A stretch of DNA of 44,456 nucleotides from Flavobacteriales bacterium (GTDB taxonomy: Bacteria > Bacteroidota > Bacteroidia > Flavobacteriales_F > PHOS-HE28), in NCBI GenBank assembly GCA_019638075.1, contig JAHBUM010000002.1, positions 1 to 44,456 of the forward strand, written 5' to 3'. Numbering within the stretch: the stretch's first letter is position 1; every line of letters starts with the position of its first letter. This document shows, in pieces, positions 7,926-15,678 of this stretch. The notes below the pieces were generated by a model. That model did not search any database. It had not been told where the DNA came from and saw only the letters and a program-made list of their open reading frames with translations. A program made the position numbers and the translations under genes.

Positions 7926-8225
7926 CTACTCCTCAACGAACCGCGCCACACGCCGCACCTCGTCTCCCTGCTGCACGAGCAGATAGGCGCCGGGTATGAG
8001 GGCATCGGTATCCACCACGTGGCTGCCCACGGCGGTGAAGCGGCCTTCGATCATCGTGCGGCCCTGCATGTCCACGATGCGCCATGGGGCGGCACCAGCA
8101 GGCAGCGGCACTTCGGGGCTGCCTGCTTGGATCTCCCTCTTGCCCCCTCGCATAGACCGCTTCCTCATCCCCCTCACCAAGCCCGCTCTCCGGCATCGTG
8201 GCAGAACCGTAGCTTTGGCTTCCAC
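7926..8225 (-). pseudogene. Possible remnant of a T9SS C-terminal sorting domain (Por_Secre_tail-like) with no protein body
   Basis: The C-terminal ~50 aa (WRIVDMQGRTMIEGRFTAVGSHVVDTDALIPGAYLLVQQGDEVRRVARFVEE) follow the T9SS CTD pattern (i.D..GR.v.......idts.L.pG.Yll.......r..k.v). There is no room for an upstream cargo domain before the divergent ALDH-like gene. Confidence 0.3.
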
Positions 8226-8260
8226 CGGTCCGGGTCCACGAGGCCCGGGTGGGAAGCACG

Positions 8261-9229
8261 ATGAGCAAGACCATAAGCAAGCCCTCCACGAAGATCGCCC
8301 TCAACGGCAACGGGCATGCCGCCCCGAACGCAGCGAAGGAGCGCCTGCCCGTGATGAAGACCTACAAGATCTTCATCGGCGGCAAGTTCCCGCGCACCGA
8401 GAGCGGCCGCTACTACCAGCCGGAGCTGCATGCCGTCGCTTCGGCGCAGGCCGGGGTGGCCAATGTGTGCCGCAGCAGCCGCAAGGATGTGCGCGATGCC
8501 GTGGTGGCCGCGCGTGGCGCCTTCGGTGGATGGGCCGGTCGCAGCGCCTTCAATCGCGGGCAGATCCTCTACCGCATCGGCGAGATGCTCGAAGGGCGCC
8601 GCGCACAGTTCGTGCATGAGATCATGCTGCATGGCGGCACGCGCGAACATGCCGAAGCCCGCGTATCACAGGCCATCGACCGCTGGCTGCACTACGCCGG
8701 TTGGTGCGACAAGTATCAGGCGCTCTTCAGCAGCGTGAACCCCACGAACAGCTCGCACTTCAACTTCAGCGTTTACGAGCCCACGGGTGTGGTGGGCGTG
8801 ATGGCACCGACAGGCAGTGCCCTGCTCGGCCTCGTGAGCGTGATCGCCCCGGTGATCGCGGGTGGCAACACCTGTGTGGTGGTGGCGAGCGAAAGCATGC
8901 CGCTGCCCGCCGTCACCTTCACCGAAGTGCTCGCCACCAGCGACCTGCCCGGCGGCGTGGTGAATCTGCTCACCGGCTTCCGCAAGGAGCTGCTGAAGCC
9001 CCTCGTGGCGCACATGGACATCAATGCCGTGGTGGTGGCCGATGCCACGCACGACGAACGCGTGATGCTCGATACCGAGGCCACATGCAACCTGAAGCGT
9101 GTGGTGTATCCTAAGGCCGACTGGACAAAGGAGGAGGGGCAGTCGCCTTATTTCATCCTCGATACGCAGGAGGTGAAGACCACTTGGCATCCCATTGAGC
9201 GCGGGCAGGGTGGGGGCGGGGGGTATTGA
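8261..9229 (+). CDS. Aldehyde dehydrogenase-like protein lacking the catalytic domain
   Basis: The tracked ORF starts at GTG 8249; the first ATG is 8261. ALDH N-terminal/cofactor-domain motifs are present (KIFIGGKFPRTESGRYY, YEPTGVVGVMAP, IAGGNTCVVVASE, LPGGVVNLLTG, NLKRVV). The protein ends about 50 aa later with no ELGG Glu or catalytic Cys region. Confidence 0.7.
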   Translation: MSKTISKPSTKIALNGNGHAAPNAAKERLPVMKTYKIFIGGKFPRTESGRYYQPELHAVASAQAGVANVCRSSRKDVRDAVVAARGAFGGWAGRSAFNRGQILYRIGEMLEGRRAQFVHEIMLHGGTREHAEARVSQAIDRWLHYAGWCDKYQALFSSVNPTNSSHFNFSVYEPTGVVGVMAPTGSALLGLVSVIAPVIAGGNTCVVVASESMPLPAVTFTEVLATSDLPGGVVNLLTGFRKELLKPLVAHMDINAVVVADATHDERVMLDTEATCNLKRVVYPKADWTKEEGQSPYFILDTQEVKTTWHPIERGQGGGGGY

Positions 9230-9235
9230 ACGGCC

Positions 9236-9769
9236 ATGCGCCTCCTTGCACGTTCCCTCCTTTTTCTGATCGGAACGCTGGTATTGATATGGCTGCTTCG
9301 TGGGCCGTTGTTCCGTGCTGTGGTACACTACCGCGTTGTGGGCACACGCGCTCCGGCGGTCGTGCCGAAGTCCGCAGGAGGCACGGTCGAGGATCTCGAA
9401 GCAGCTATCGGTGCCGCACTGGACACCACCGCTGCGCGCCTGCACTTCTCCACCGGAAGCGTGTCGAACGATCCCGCCCGGCTCGGTCCCGGAAGTCCCG
9501 CCAATTGCATTGGCTATGCGGCGTTGTTCGCTTCGCTACTCAAAGGGTATCTCGCTGCGATGGATAGTGAGGGTCGCTATGCAGTGGAGCCGATCGTGGG
9601 CCAGTTGCATATCGGTGGATGGAACTTGCACGATGTGTTCAGCGGTCCGTTCTGGAAGGATCATGACATCGTGCGCATCACCGACAGGGTGAGCGGTGCG
9701 CACACATACATCGACCCCACGCTGTATGATGCAGTGGGGATCGGCTGCGTGCGCGGACAGGGGCAATAA
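9236..9769 (+). CDS. Membrane-anchored transglutaminase-like (Cys-His-Asp core) protein
   Basis: 177 aa. N-terminal TM. ANCIGYAALFASLL (Cys motif), then WKDHDIV and YIDPT resemble the transglutaminase-like cysteine peptidase core. Confidence 0.5.
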   Translation: MRLLARSLLFLIGTLVLIWLLRGPLFRAVVHYRVVGTRAPAVVPKSAGGTVEDLEAAIGAALDTTAARLHFSTGSVSNDPARLGPGSPANCIGYAALFASLLKGYLAAMDSEGRYAVEPIVGQLHIGGWNLHDVFSGPFWKDHDIVRITDRVSGAHTYIDPTLYDAVGIGCVRGQGQ

Positions 9770-9834
9770 GGGCGTACACTCATCGGAGTTCTCGTAGGAT
9801 CACAATGTTCTGCACTGCGTGCGATCTTTACCCC

Positions 9835-10326
9835 ATGGCAACGATCCTCCGCTCAACCCTCATCGCGTTCGGTGTGTTCCTCGGCCTGCTGGCCCATGCC
9901 CAGTCCGACACCACCACCATCCACATCCTCCGCAAGGGCTGCGATGTCGCGCTCACCGTGGAACGCATACGCGCGCTCACCCCGCACGAAGCGGTCGTGA
10001 CGGAGCGCGATGGCAACACCGCCACCTATCAGGGCGCGTGGCTCAGCGATGTGCTCGATCTCGGCTGCGATACCACCACCCGCTTGGACAAGCACGGCAC
10101 GCTCCGCGCGGTGGTGAAGGCCACGGCGGCTGACGGCTTCGTGGCTGTGGTGGCGATGGCCGAGGCCGTCCACGACTTCAGCGAGCGCCCGGTGATGCTG
10201 GCATGGAGCCGCAACGGACAGCCCATGAGCGAGCGCCACGGACCGCTGCAACTGGTGGTGCCCGGCGATCGCAAGCCCGGCCGCAACGTGCGTCAGGTGA
10301 AGGTGCTGGAGGTGATCACGCCCTGA
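9835..10326 (+). CDS. Secreted molybdopterin-binding (Oxidored_molyb-like) domain protein
   Basis: Trimmed to MATILRSTLIAFGVFLGLLAHAQS (signal peptide). The C-terminal NGQPMSERHGPLQLVVPGDRKPGRNVRQVKVLEV matches the sulfite-oxidase/YedY-type Moco-domain signature (G.PlRlvvPg....k.vK.l..i.v). Confidence 0.55.
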   Translation: MATILRSTLIAFGVFLGLLAHAQSDTTTIHILRKGCDVALTVERIRALTPHEAVVTERDGNTATYQGAWLSDVLDLGCDTTTRLDKHGTLRAVVKATAADGFVAVVAMAEAVHDFSERPVMLAWSRNGQPMSERHGPLQLVVPGDRKPGRNVRQVKVLEVITP

Positions 10327-10434
10327 GCACCATCACTTTCCCATCGGTGCAGGACTTCATGCAATGACATCAAGCAGGGTGGGGGCATTTGCGCGATTCC
10401 GGCTCGTGGCCGGAATGACAATTCATGGCACGGT

Positions 10435-10470
10435 CGAATTGGGTGGCTTGCCGCCCAATTCGGCTTTTGT
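10435..10470 (+). terminator. Rho-independent terminator-like hairpin with U tract
   Basis: 12-bp stem CGAATTGGGTGG / CCGCCCAATTCG (10435-10446 / 10451-10462) with CTTG loop, followed by GCTTTTGT. It is flanked by two 8-bp hairpins: ATTCCGGC..GCCGGAAT (10396-10416) and ACTCCGGC..GCCGGAGT (10472-10492). Confidence 0.55.
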
Positions 10471-10557
10471 CACTCCGGCCATGAGCCGGAGTCGCGTGAT
10501 CTTCCGGTGCGAAGCTCCATCCATTCTGTTCACCTTCCTCCCATACACACCCTGAGC

Positions 10558-10893
10558 ATGGACACCATCACTTGGGCCGACTTCGAGATGGTCCACCTCT
10601 GCGTAGGCACCGTGCTTTCCGCAGAAGACCTCCCCCACGCGCGCAAGCCGGCCTACGTGCTCACCATCGACTTCGGACCGCACGGCATCAAACGCAGCAG
10701 CGCGCAGATCACCAAGCACTACACCAGAACGGAACTGATCGGCAGACAGGTGGTGGCGGTGATCAACTTCCCCGAAAAGCAGATCGGCACGGTGATGAGC
10801 CAGTGTCTCGTGACAGGCTTCGCGGATGCGAACGGTGACATCGTGATCACCACCGTGGAGCGGCAAGTGCCCAACGGGAGCCGGTTGATGTGA
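10558..10893 (+). CDS. tRNA-binding domain protein (CsaA/YgjH family)
   Basis: Trimmed to MDTITWADFEMVHLCVGTVLSAEDLPHARKPAYVLTIDFGPHGIKRSSAQITKHY...GRQVVAVINFPEKQIG. Classic CsaA/EMAP-like OB-fold pattern. Confidence 0.85.
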   Translation: MDTITWADFEMVHLCVGTVLSAEDLPHARKPAYVLTIDFGPHGIKRSSAQITKHYTRTELIGRQVVAVINFPEKQIGTVMSQCLVTGFADANGDIVITTVERQVPNGSRLM

Positions 10894-10959
10894 GGAAGCT
10901 GCTCGCGATACGGGCCGGGCGAGATGTGAACAGGCGACGTGCGCTTACCGATCATGTGT

Positions 10960-11059
10960 GGCAGTTGCCAGGAATGCCTCCGTCCGTGGCTGCGATGGAA
11001 CGGAAGCCTACACAGCAGCTCTCACCAAGGAGCCTGACAACTGGCAACTGACAACTGCC
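10960..11059. repeat. MITE-like element, copy A (GGCAGTTGCCAGG ... CCTGACAACTGGCAACTGACAACTGCC)
   Basis: About 70-95% identical by eye to 28244-28343. The right end CACCAAGGAGCCTGACAACTGGCAAC[T/C]GACAACTGCC is identical apart from one mismatch. The interior shares AATGCCT..TCCG..CGATGGAAC..GAAGC. It lies between convergent genes. Confidence 0.75.
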
Positions 11060-11069
11060 AGCCCCCCCC

Positions 11070-11570
11070 TCACCACGTCCCCAGTATCGCCAGCAGCGCT
11101 ATCATCGGGATGTCGCCTTGCACGTGCAGGATCGCGTCGGCCTTGTTGCAGAAGGGGCCTTCGCCGAGGTACACCGTGTTGCCATCGAGCACGAAGCCGC
11201 CATCGCCCTTGTTGCAGAACGCGCCATCGCCCCGGAAGATCTTCTGCTTCTCCACCAGCAGCACGCAGCTGCTCTTGGTGCAGAAGGCACCCGAGCAGCG
11301 GAACAGCTTGTCGCCCTCGGCGCGGAACATGCCGGTGCCGCGCTGGCCGAAGGCATCGGCGCTGCGGTACACGGCCTCATCATCGTACACGAACACGCAC
11401 GGGCCTTTGCTGCCGAACGGGCCGCAGGCTTGGTAGATGCGCCCTTTCTCCACCACGTAGGCCGCATCGCCGATGTTGCCGAACGGACCGTAGGCGAACC
11501 GCACCACGGCCTGTTGCGCGTTCAGTGCGAACGACAGCATCATCGACAGAAGGGGAAGCAGCTTCCTCAT
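11070..11570 (-). CDS. Secreted protein made of six tandem 22-residue repeats (G-[PA]-F-[GC] repeat), unknown function
   Basis: Signal peptide [20 protein letters not shown]. Then VRFAYGPFGNIGDAAYVVEKGR / IYQACGPFGSKGPCVFVYDDEA / VYRSADAFGQRGTGMFRAEGDK / LFRCSGAFCTKSSCVLLVEKQK / IFRGDGAFCNKGDGGFVLDGNT / VYLGEGPFCNKADAILHVQGDI, then a hydrophobic tail. The start overlaps the upstream stop (ATGA). Confidence 0.7.
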   Translation of the reverse strand: MRKLLPLLSMMLSFALNAQQAVVRFAYGPFGNIGDAAYVVEKGRIYQACGPFGSKGPCVFVYDDEAVYRSADAFGQRGTGMFRAEGDKLFRCSGAFCTKSSCVLLVEKQKIFRGDGAFCNKGDGGFVLDGNTVYLGEGPFCNKADAILHVQGDIPMIALLAILGTW

Positions 11571-12469
11571 CGGCGTTCGGTGGTGAAACGGATCACGTGG
11601 ATCACACCCATGGTGAGGTCCTTGGTAAGGCGGGCGGTGAGTTGCATGGTGTTCGCGTCGTACAGGTATTCATCGCGTTCCATCGCGCGGTCATCGTGCC
11701 AGAGCATGCCTTCCATCACGTTGCCTGCGGCATCATAACCCCATGTGCGTCTGGTGGTGTGCGGCCGGTCGAGGTCGGGCTGGTCGGTGCGCTCCGTCAG
11801 CCGGCCCTTTTCATCGTAGTTGAAGCTCACGCGCGATCGCCGGTTGCTGATGAGGTAGCGGTCCTCGATGCGCCTGACATAGCCGAGCTTGTCCGTGGTG
11901 GTCACCTGTTCGCGGAAGGGCAGGCCGTGGTTGTTGGTGAAGAGCTTCTTCACGGTGCTGTCGTTCACCTGTTCGTAGCGGAAGTGCTCGTCGCTGATCT
12001 CCGTGACCTGTCCGGGGATCAGGTCGTAGCGGTCGCTGCCGAGGTTCTCCACGCGGGTGTATGTCTCGCGGATGGCGCGCCCCCTGTCATCGAGCTCGAT
12101 GTCGTAGGCGAAGTGGCCGTTGAGGTCGTTGCGCAGGCGGCGGCGCACACGGCCTGCGGTGTCGTAGGTGTAGGTGGTGCTGGCGGTGTCACGCCCGGAT
12201 CCGGGGCGGCCGTAGCTGTTGTTGGCGTACACGGGCAGTCCGCTGGGGTTGAAGCGGTACAGGTACTTCTCGTTCTGCTCGCGCATGGGCTGCCCGTCGC
12301 GTTTCACCATGCGCTGGCCGGTGATGCTGGCGATGTTGTTGCGCTGGATGAAGAGCGGGTTGAAGTGCAGGTCGTGCGAGTTGTTCGCATCGGGCAGGAT
12401 CAGCAGGGCCTGCGCGGTGGCGGCGAAGCCTGCGAAGAGGAGGGCGGGGAGGAGCAGGAGGCGGTTCAT
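11567..12469 (-). CDS. Secreted YD/RHS-repeat-like protein
   Basis: Trimmed to [21 protein letters not shown] (ATG 12469, ATGA overlap with the upstream stop). Repeated YD-type motifs: [44 protein letters not shown]. Confidence 0.7.
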   Translation of the reverse strand: MNRLLLLPALLFAGFAATAQALLILPDANNSHDLHFNPLFIQRNNIASITGQRMVKRDGQPMREQNEKYLYRFNPSGLPVYANNSYGRPGSGRDTASTTYTYDTAGRVRRRLRNDLNGHFAYDIELDDRGRAIRETYTRVENLGSDRYDLIPGQVTEISDEHFRYEQVNDSTVKKLFTNNHGLPFREQVTTTDKLGYVRRIEDRYLISNRRSRVSFNYDEKGRLTERTDQPDLDRPHTTRRTWGYDAAGNVMEGMLWHDDRAMERDEYLYDANTMQLTARLTKDLTMGVIHVIRFTTERR

Positions 12470-14505
12470 CGGATCTGCTGCACGGCGGCGTCCACCGTGT
12501 GTACGGGTAGCTGGCAGGCGTTCTCCACGCATACAAAGATCGTGCTTGCGGGAAGGATCCTGTCCTTCAGCAATGGCAATGTGCTGGTGGTGGTGCAGCC
12601 CGCGAAGAGGCGGTTGGGCAGGTAATGCGGCGCGAAACCGGCGCGGAGCCGCAGGGCATCGCTTCCGGTGATGGCGATCTCGTACAGCGGGAACGCGCGC
12701 ATCAGCAGGCCCTGCGCCCAATGCGAATGGCCGGTGGGGTGGCTGGTCATCCCGGCGGCGCCGTGGCCGATGGCGCGGTCGCTGAGGGCCATGTAGCGTT
12801 CGTCGCCGAGCAATGTGCCGAGGATGAACAGGCCGTTCGCCATGCTGCTGTTCGATGCCGGGATCACGTTGTCATGCAGTTCCATGGGCCGTGTGATCAG
12901 CGTCGGGTCGAGGTCGCTCGTGAAGTTGAACAGGCCGCTCTCCGCATCGTGGAAGTGGCGGATCGCATGCTCGGCGAGTGCCTGCGCTTCGGTGATCCAG
13001 CGTTCATCGAAGGTGATGCCGTACAGGGCGAGCAATGCTTCGATGGTGAAGCAGTAGTCTTCGAGGAAGCCGTTGATCGAAGCTTTTCCTCCCGGACCTT
13101 GATCCGGGATCTGCGATCTGTACAAGTGCCACAGCCCGCCATTGGTACGGCGGCATTTCGCGAGGATCAGTTCCATCGCGCGGATGGCGGAGGCTTTGTG
13201 CCGCTCCTCGCCGAACACCTCGAACGCATCGCACCAGCCGGTCACCATCAATGCGTTCCACGAGGTGAGCGATTTGTCGTCGAGGCCGGGCTTTTCGCGT
13301 TGCCCGCGCACACGTAACAGTTCCGCATTGATCGCGCGCGCACGATCCTTCACGTCGTTCAGCGGCATGCCGTGCTTCGCAGCGAAGGCTTCATCGTCCT
13401 GTTGGCGCAGGAGGATGTGCCGCCCATGCTCCCACGCGGTCTTCGCGCCGATGCCGTAATAGGCCCGTGCGAATTCGAGATCATCAACAACAAGCGCCTC
13501 CTTCAGTTCCGCATCGCTCCACACGTAGTAGCGGCCTTCCTCGCCCTCGGTATCGGCATCCAGCGCGCTGTAGAAAGCGCCTTCGGGCGAGGTCATCTCA
13601 CGGTCGATGAAGGCCAGCGTGCGCTCCACCGTCTCCTTGTACAGCGGCTTCTTGAACGCTTGGTACGCCTGGCTGTACAGCGAGACGAGCTGCGCGTTGT
13701 CGTACAGCATCTTCTCGAAGTGCGGCGCCTTCCAGGTGGCGTCGGTGCTGTATCGCGCGAAGCCTCCGCCCACCTGATCGAAGATGCCGCCGAGGGCCAT
13801 CTTGTCCAGCGTGAGCTGCACGTGCCGCTTCAGTGCATCGTCGTGGGTGAGCCATGCGTACCGCAGCAGGAAGCGGTAGTTGTCCGGCATGGGGAACTTG
13901 GGCACCTTGTCCGGCCCGCCGTCCATGTGGTCCAGCTGCTGGCGCCACCGCTCCACCATGGCGCGCAGCCGCTCGCGGTGATCGGCGGTAGCTTCCTGCG
14001 GTGGCGCTATCAGGCGTTGTGCGGCCACGCCCTCGTGCAGCCGCCCGGCGTATCCGGCCACGCGATCGGGATCCTGTGCGTACGTGTCGGCAAGCTGCTC
14101 CAGCACCTGCACCCATTGCGCCGGAGGGAAATAGGTGCCACCGTACACCGGCCTTCCATCGGGCAGGGTGAAACAGTTCAGGGGCCATCCGCCGCGCTGG
14201 GTCATCAGTTGCACGGCCAGCATGTACACCTGATCCACGTCGGGCCGCTCCTCGCGGTCCACCTTGATGCACACGAACCGCTCGTTCATCACGCGGGCCA
14301 CGTCCTCATCCTCGAAGCATTCGCGCTCCATCACGTGGCACCAGTGGCAGCTGCTGTACCCGATGCTCACCAGCACCAGCTTGTTCTCCGCACGGGCCTT
14401 CGCGAAGGCCTCATCGCCCCACGGGAACCAGTCCACCGGGTTGTGCGCGTGTTGCAGCAGGTAGGGGCTGCTTTCGTGCGCGAGGCGGTTGGTGTGTGCG
14501 GGCAT
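12466..14505 (-). CDS. Thioredoxin-domain protein, DUF255 / YyaL (SSP411-like, N-terminal thioredoxin fold + alpha/alpha-barrel)
   Basis: Trimmed to [66 protein letters not shown] (ATG 14505). This is the canonical DUF255 N-terminus with the CHWCH motif. About 679 aa. Confidence 0.9.
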   Translation of the reverse strand: MPAHTNRLAHESSPYLLQHAHNPVDWFPWGDEAFAKARAENKLVLVSIGYSSCHWCHVMERECFEDEDVARVMNERFVCIKVDREERPDVDQVYMLAVQLMTQRGGWPLNCFTLPDGRPVYGGTYFPPAQWVQVLEQLADTYAQDPDRVAGYAGRLHEGVAAQRLIAPPQEATADHRERLRAMVERWRQQLDHMDGGPDKVPKFPMPDNYRFLLRYAWLTHDDALKRHVQLTLDKMALGGIFDQVGGGFARYSTDATWKAPHFEKMLYDNAQLVSLYSQAYQAFKKPLYKETVERTLAFIDREMTSPEGAFYSALDADTEGEEGRYYVWSDAELKEALVVDDLEFARAYYGIGAKTAWEHGRHILLRQQDDEAFAAKHGMPLNDVKDRARAINAELLRVRGQREKPGLDDKSLTSWNALMVTGWCDAFEVFGEERHKASAIRAMELILAKCRRTNGGLWHLYRSQIPDQGPGGKASINGFLEDYCFTIEALLALYGITFDERWITEAQALAEHAIRHFHDAESGLFNFTSDLDPTLITRPMELHDNVIPASNSSMANGLFILGTLLGDERYMALSDRAIGHGAAGMTSHPTGHSHWAQGLLMRAFPLYEIAITGSDALRLRAGFAPHYLPNRLFAGCTTTSTLPLLKDRILPASTIFVCVENACQLPVHTVDAAVQQIR

Positions 14506-14532
14506 GGGTTTTAGCTTCGGCGCGGCGATGCG

Positions 14533-15186
14533 ATGGCCGCTGCATGGTGCGGCCCCTGCGGCTCGCCGGAACGATACACTGCGCAGATCCCCGCGTCCAT
14601 GGCCCTTCAAAGGAACAGCGTGCCGCAGCGCTACCGGCCCTCCGGTGGCGTGCGGCATCAACAGCGCAACGTGGAAGCGCGGGTGCGCGACCAGTCATGG
14701 CCGGGCACCTTGATGGCGCTGGGCATCTTCGTGCTGCTGATCTCCTTCTGGGCTGCGGGCGGCCGCACGCTGGTGGGCTACATGGAACTGGCGCGTTGGT
14801 TCGCGCTGCTCGCCTTCGCGGGCGACCTGCTGCCGTACAAGCGCGTGGGCCTTCGGCTGGGCATGGAGCGGCTGGAGTGGTTCCTCTTCAACCTGCTGGC
14901 CGTGGGGCCGTTGATGCTGAGCCTGCTGTTGTGGGTGAACTTGCTGCTCCATGGCCCCGAGCGCTTCGCCGTTACGCCGTATGCGGGCGACATCATGGAG
15001 CTGCGCAGCTATTGGATGGCGCACGATGAGCTGCCACCATCCACGCCGATCGAAGCGCCATCAGCGGAAGCGTTGGAAAGCCCGCCACCCGGTCCCGTTG
15101 GCGGCCACCTGATCGGCACGGCGAAAGGGCTTTTCGGCTACGAGGTGATCACCACGTACGAAGAGATCGCTGTGGGGGGTGAGTGA
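14533..15186 (+). CDS. Hypothetical membrane protein (3-4 TM)
   Basis: TM segments [62 protein letters not shown] -7-like box at 14512-14519 sits 13 nt before ATG 14533. Alternative starts are at 14599 and 14713. Confidence 0.45.
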   Translation: MAAAWCGPCGSPERYTAQIPASMALQRNSVPQRYRPSGGVRHQQRNVEARVRDQSWPGTLMALGIFVLLISFWAAGGRTLVGYMELARWFALLAFAGDLLPYKRVGLRLGMERLEWFLFNLLAVGPLMLSLLLWVNLLLHGPERFAVTPYAGDIMELRSYWMAHDELPPSTPIEAPSAEALESPPPGPVGGHLIGTAKGLFGYEVITTYEEIAVGGE

Positions 15187-15189
15187 TGT

Positions 15190-15213
15190 CTAAGAGCCTG
15201 AACAGGCTCTTAG
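15190..15213. terminator. Bidirectional terminator hairpin between convergent genes
   Basis: 10-bp stem CTAAGAGCCT / AGGCTCTTAG with GAAC loop. It overlaps the stop codon of the minus-strand gene and lies 4 nt after the plus-strand stop. Confidence 0.6.
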
Positions 15214-15659
15214 TATTGAACGCGCTCCTCGAACTCGAACGGGAAGCGTTTGCGTAGCAGCCCCACACGGCCCACCACGGTGCCCTTGGCGGCCAGCTTC
15301 ATCTCGTTGCCGCCGAACACGCCGGAAAGCAGCACCATGAGCAATGCCCCGCCCTGCAGTTCGGCGCGCATCGGAACGGAGTAGACCTGCGTGCTCTTCT
15401 TCTGCAAGGTCAGCGCTGAATCCAGCACGCCCTTGCCCACGAACTTGCCGTTCACGTACAGGTCCACATCGGGGTCCTGCGCGTGGATCCGGTAGTTGTT
15501 CGGGTTATTCACCACGGCATCCACACGCACGGCGATGCCCTTCGCATCCATGCGCTCCACTTGGATGTTGGTGACGTCGATCAGTTCCACCTGCTTGTAG
15601 CTGAGGCAGGAGGAAAGCGAAATGCAAAGGAGCAGGAATAGGGGCAGGAGCAAGCGCAT
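15210..15659 (-). CDS. LEA type-2 (LEA_2/NDR1-HIN1-like) lipoprotein
   Basis: Trimmed to MRLLLPLFLLLCISLSSC (lipobox). IDVTNIQVERMDAKGIAVRVDAVVNNPNNYRIHAQDPDVDLYVNGKFVGKG is the LEA_2 fold pattern. Confidence 0.7.
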   Translation of the reverse strand: MRLLLPLFLLLCISLSSCLSYKQVELIDVTNIQVERMDAKGIAVRVDAVVNNPNNYRIHAQDPDVDLYVNGKFVGKGVLDSALTLQKKSTQVYSVPMRAELQGGALLMVLLSGVFGGNEMKLAAKGTVVGRVGLLRKRFPFEFEERVQY

Positions 15660-15678
15660 TGTCCCTGCTCCTTTTTCC

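Noticed and set aside
4712-8005. 1097-aa ORF antisense to the RND pump gene. Similar long antisense ORFs occur at 968..2311, 10958..12625, 13372..14514, 15622..17262, 17211..18911, 25894..27858, 28346..29719, 29777..31966 and 35713..37137.
   Set aside because: Their composition is extremely Arg/His/Ala/Gly/Gln-rich with no motifs. Each lies exactly opposite a gene with a clear family signature. Stop codons are rare in high-GC antisense frames, so these are artefacts.
10364-10555. 63-aa ORF in the hairpin-rich spacer upstream of the CsaA-like gene.
   Set aside because: It reads straight through three stem-loops. It has no signal of conservation that I can judge and poor composition. The RNA structure explanation is more economical.
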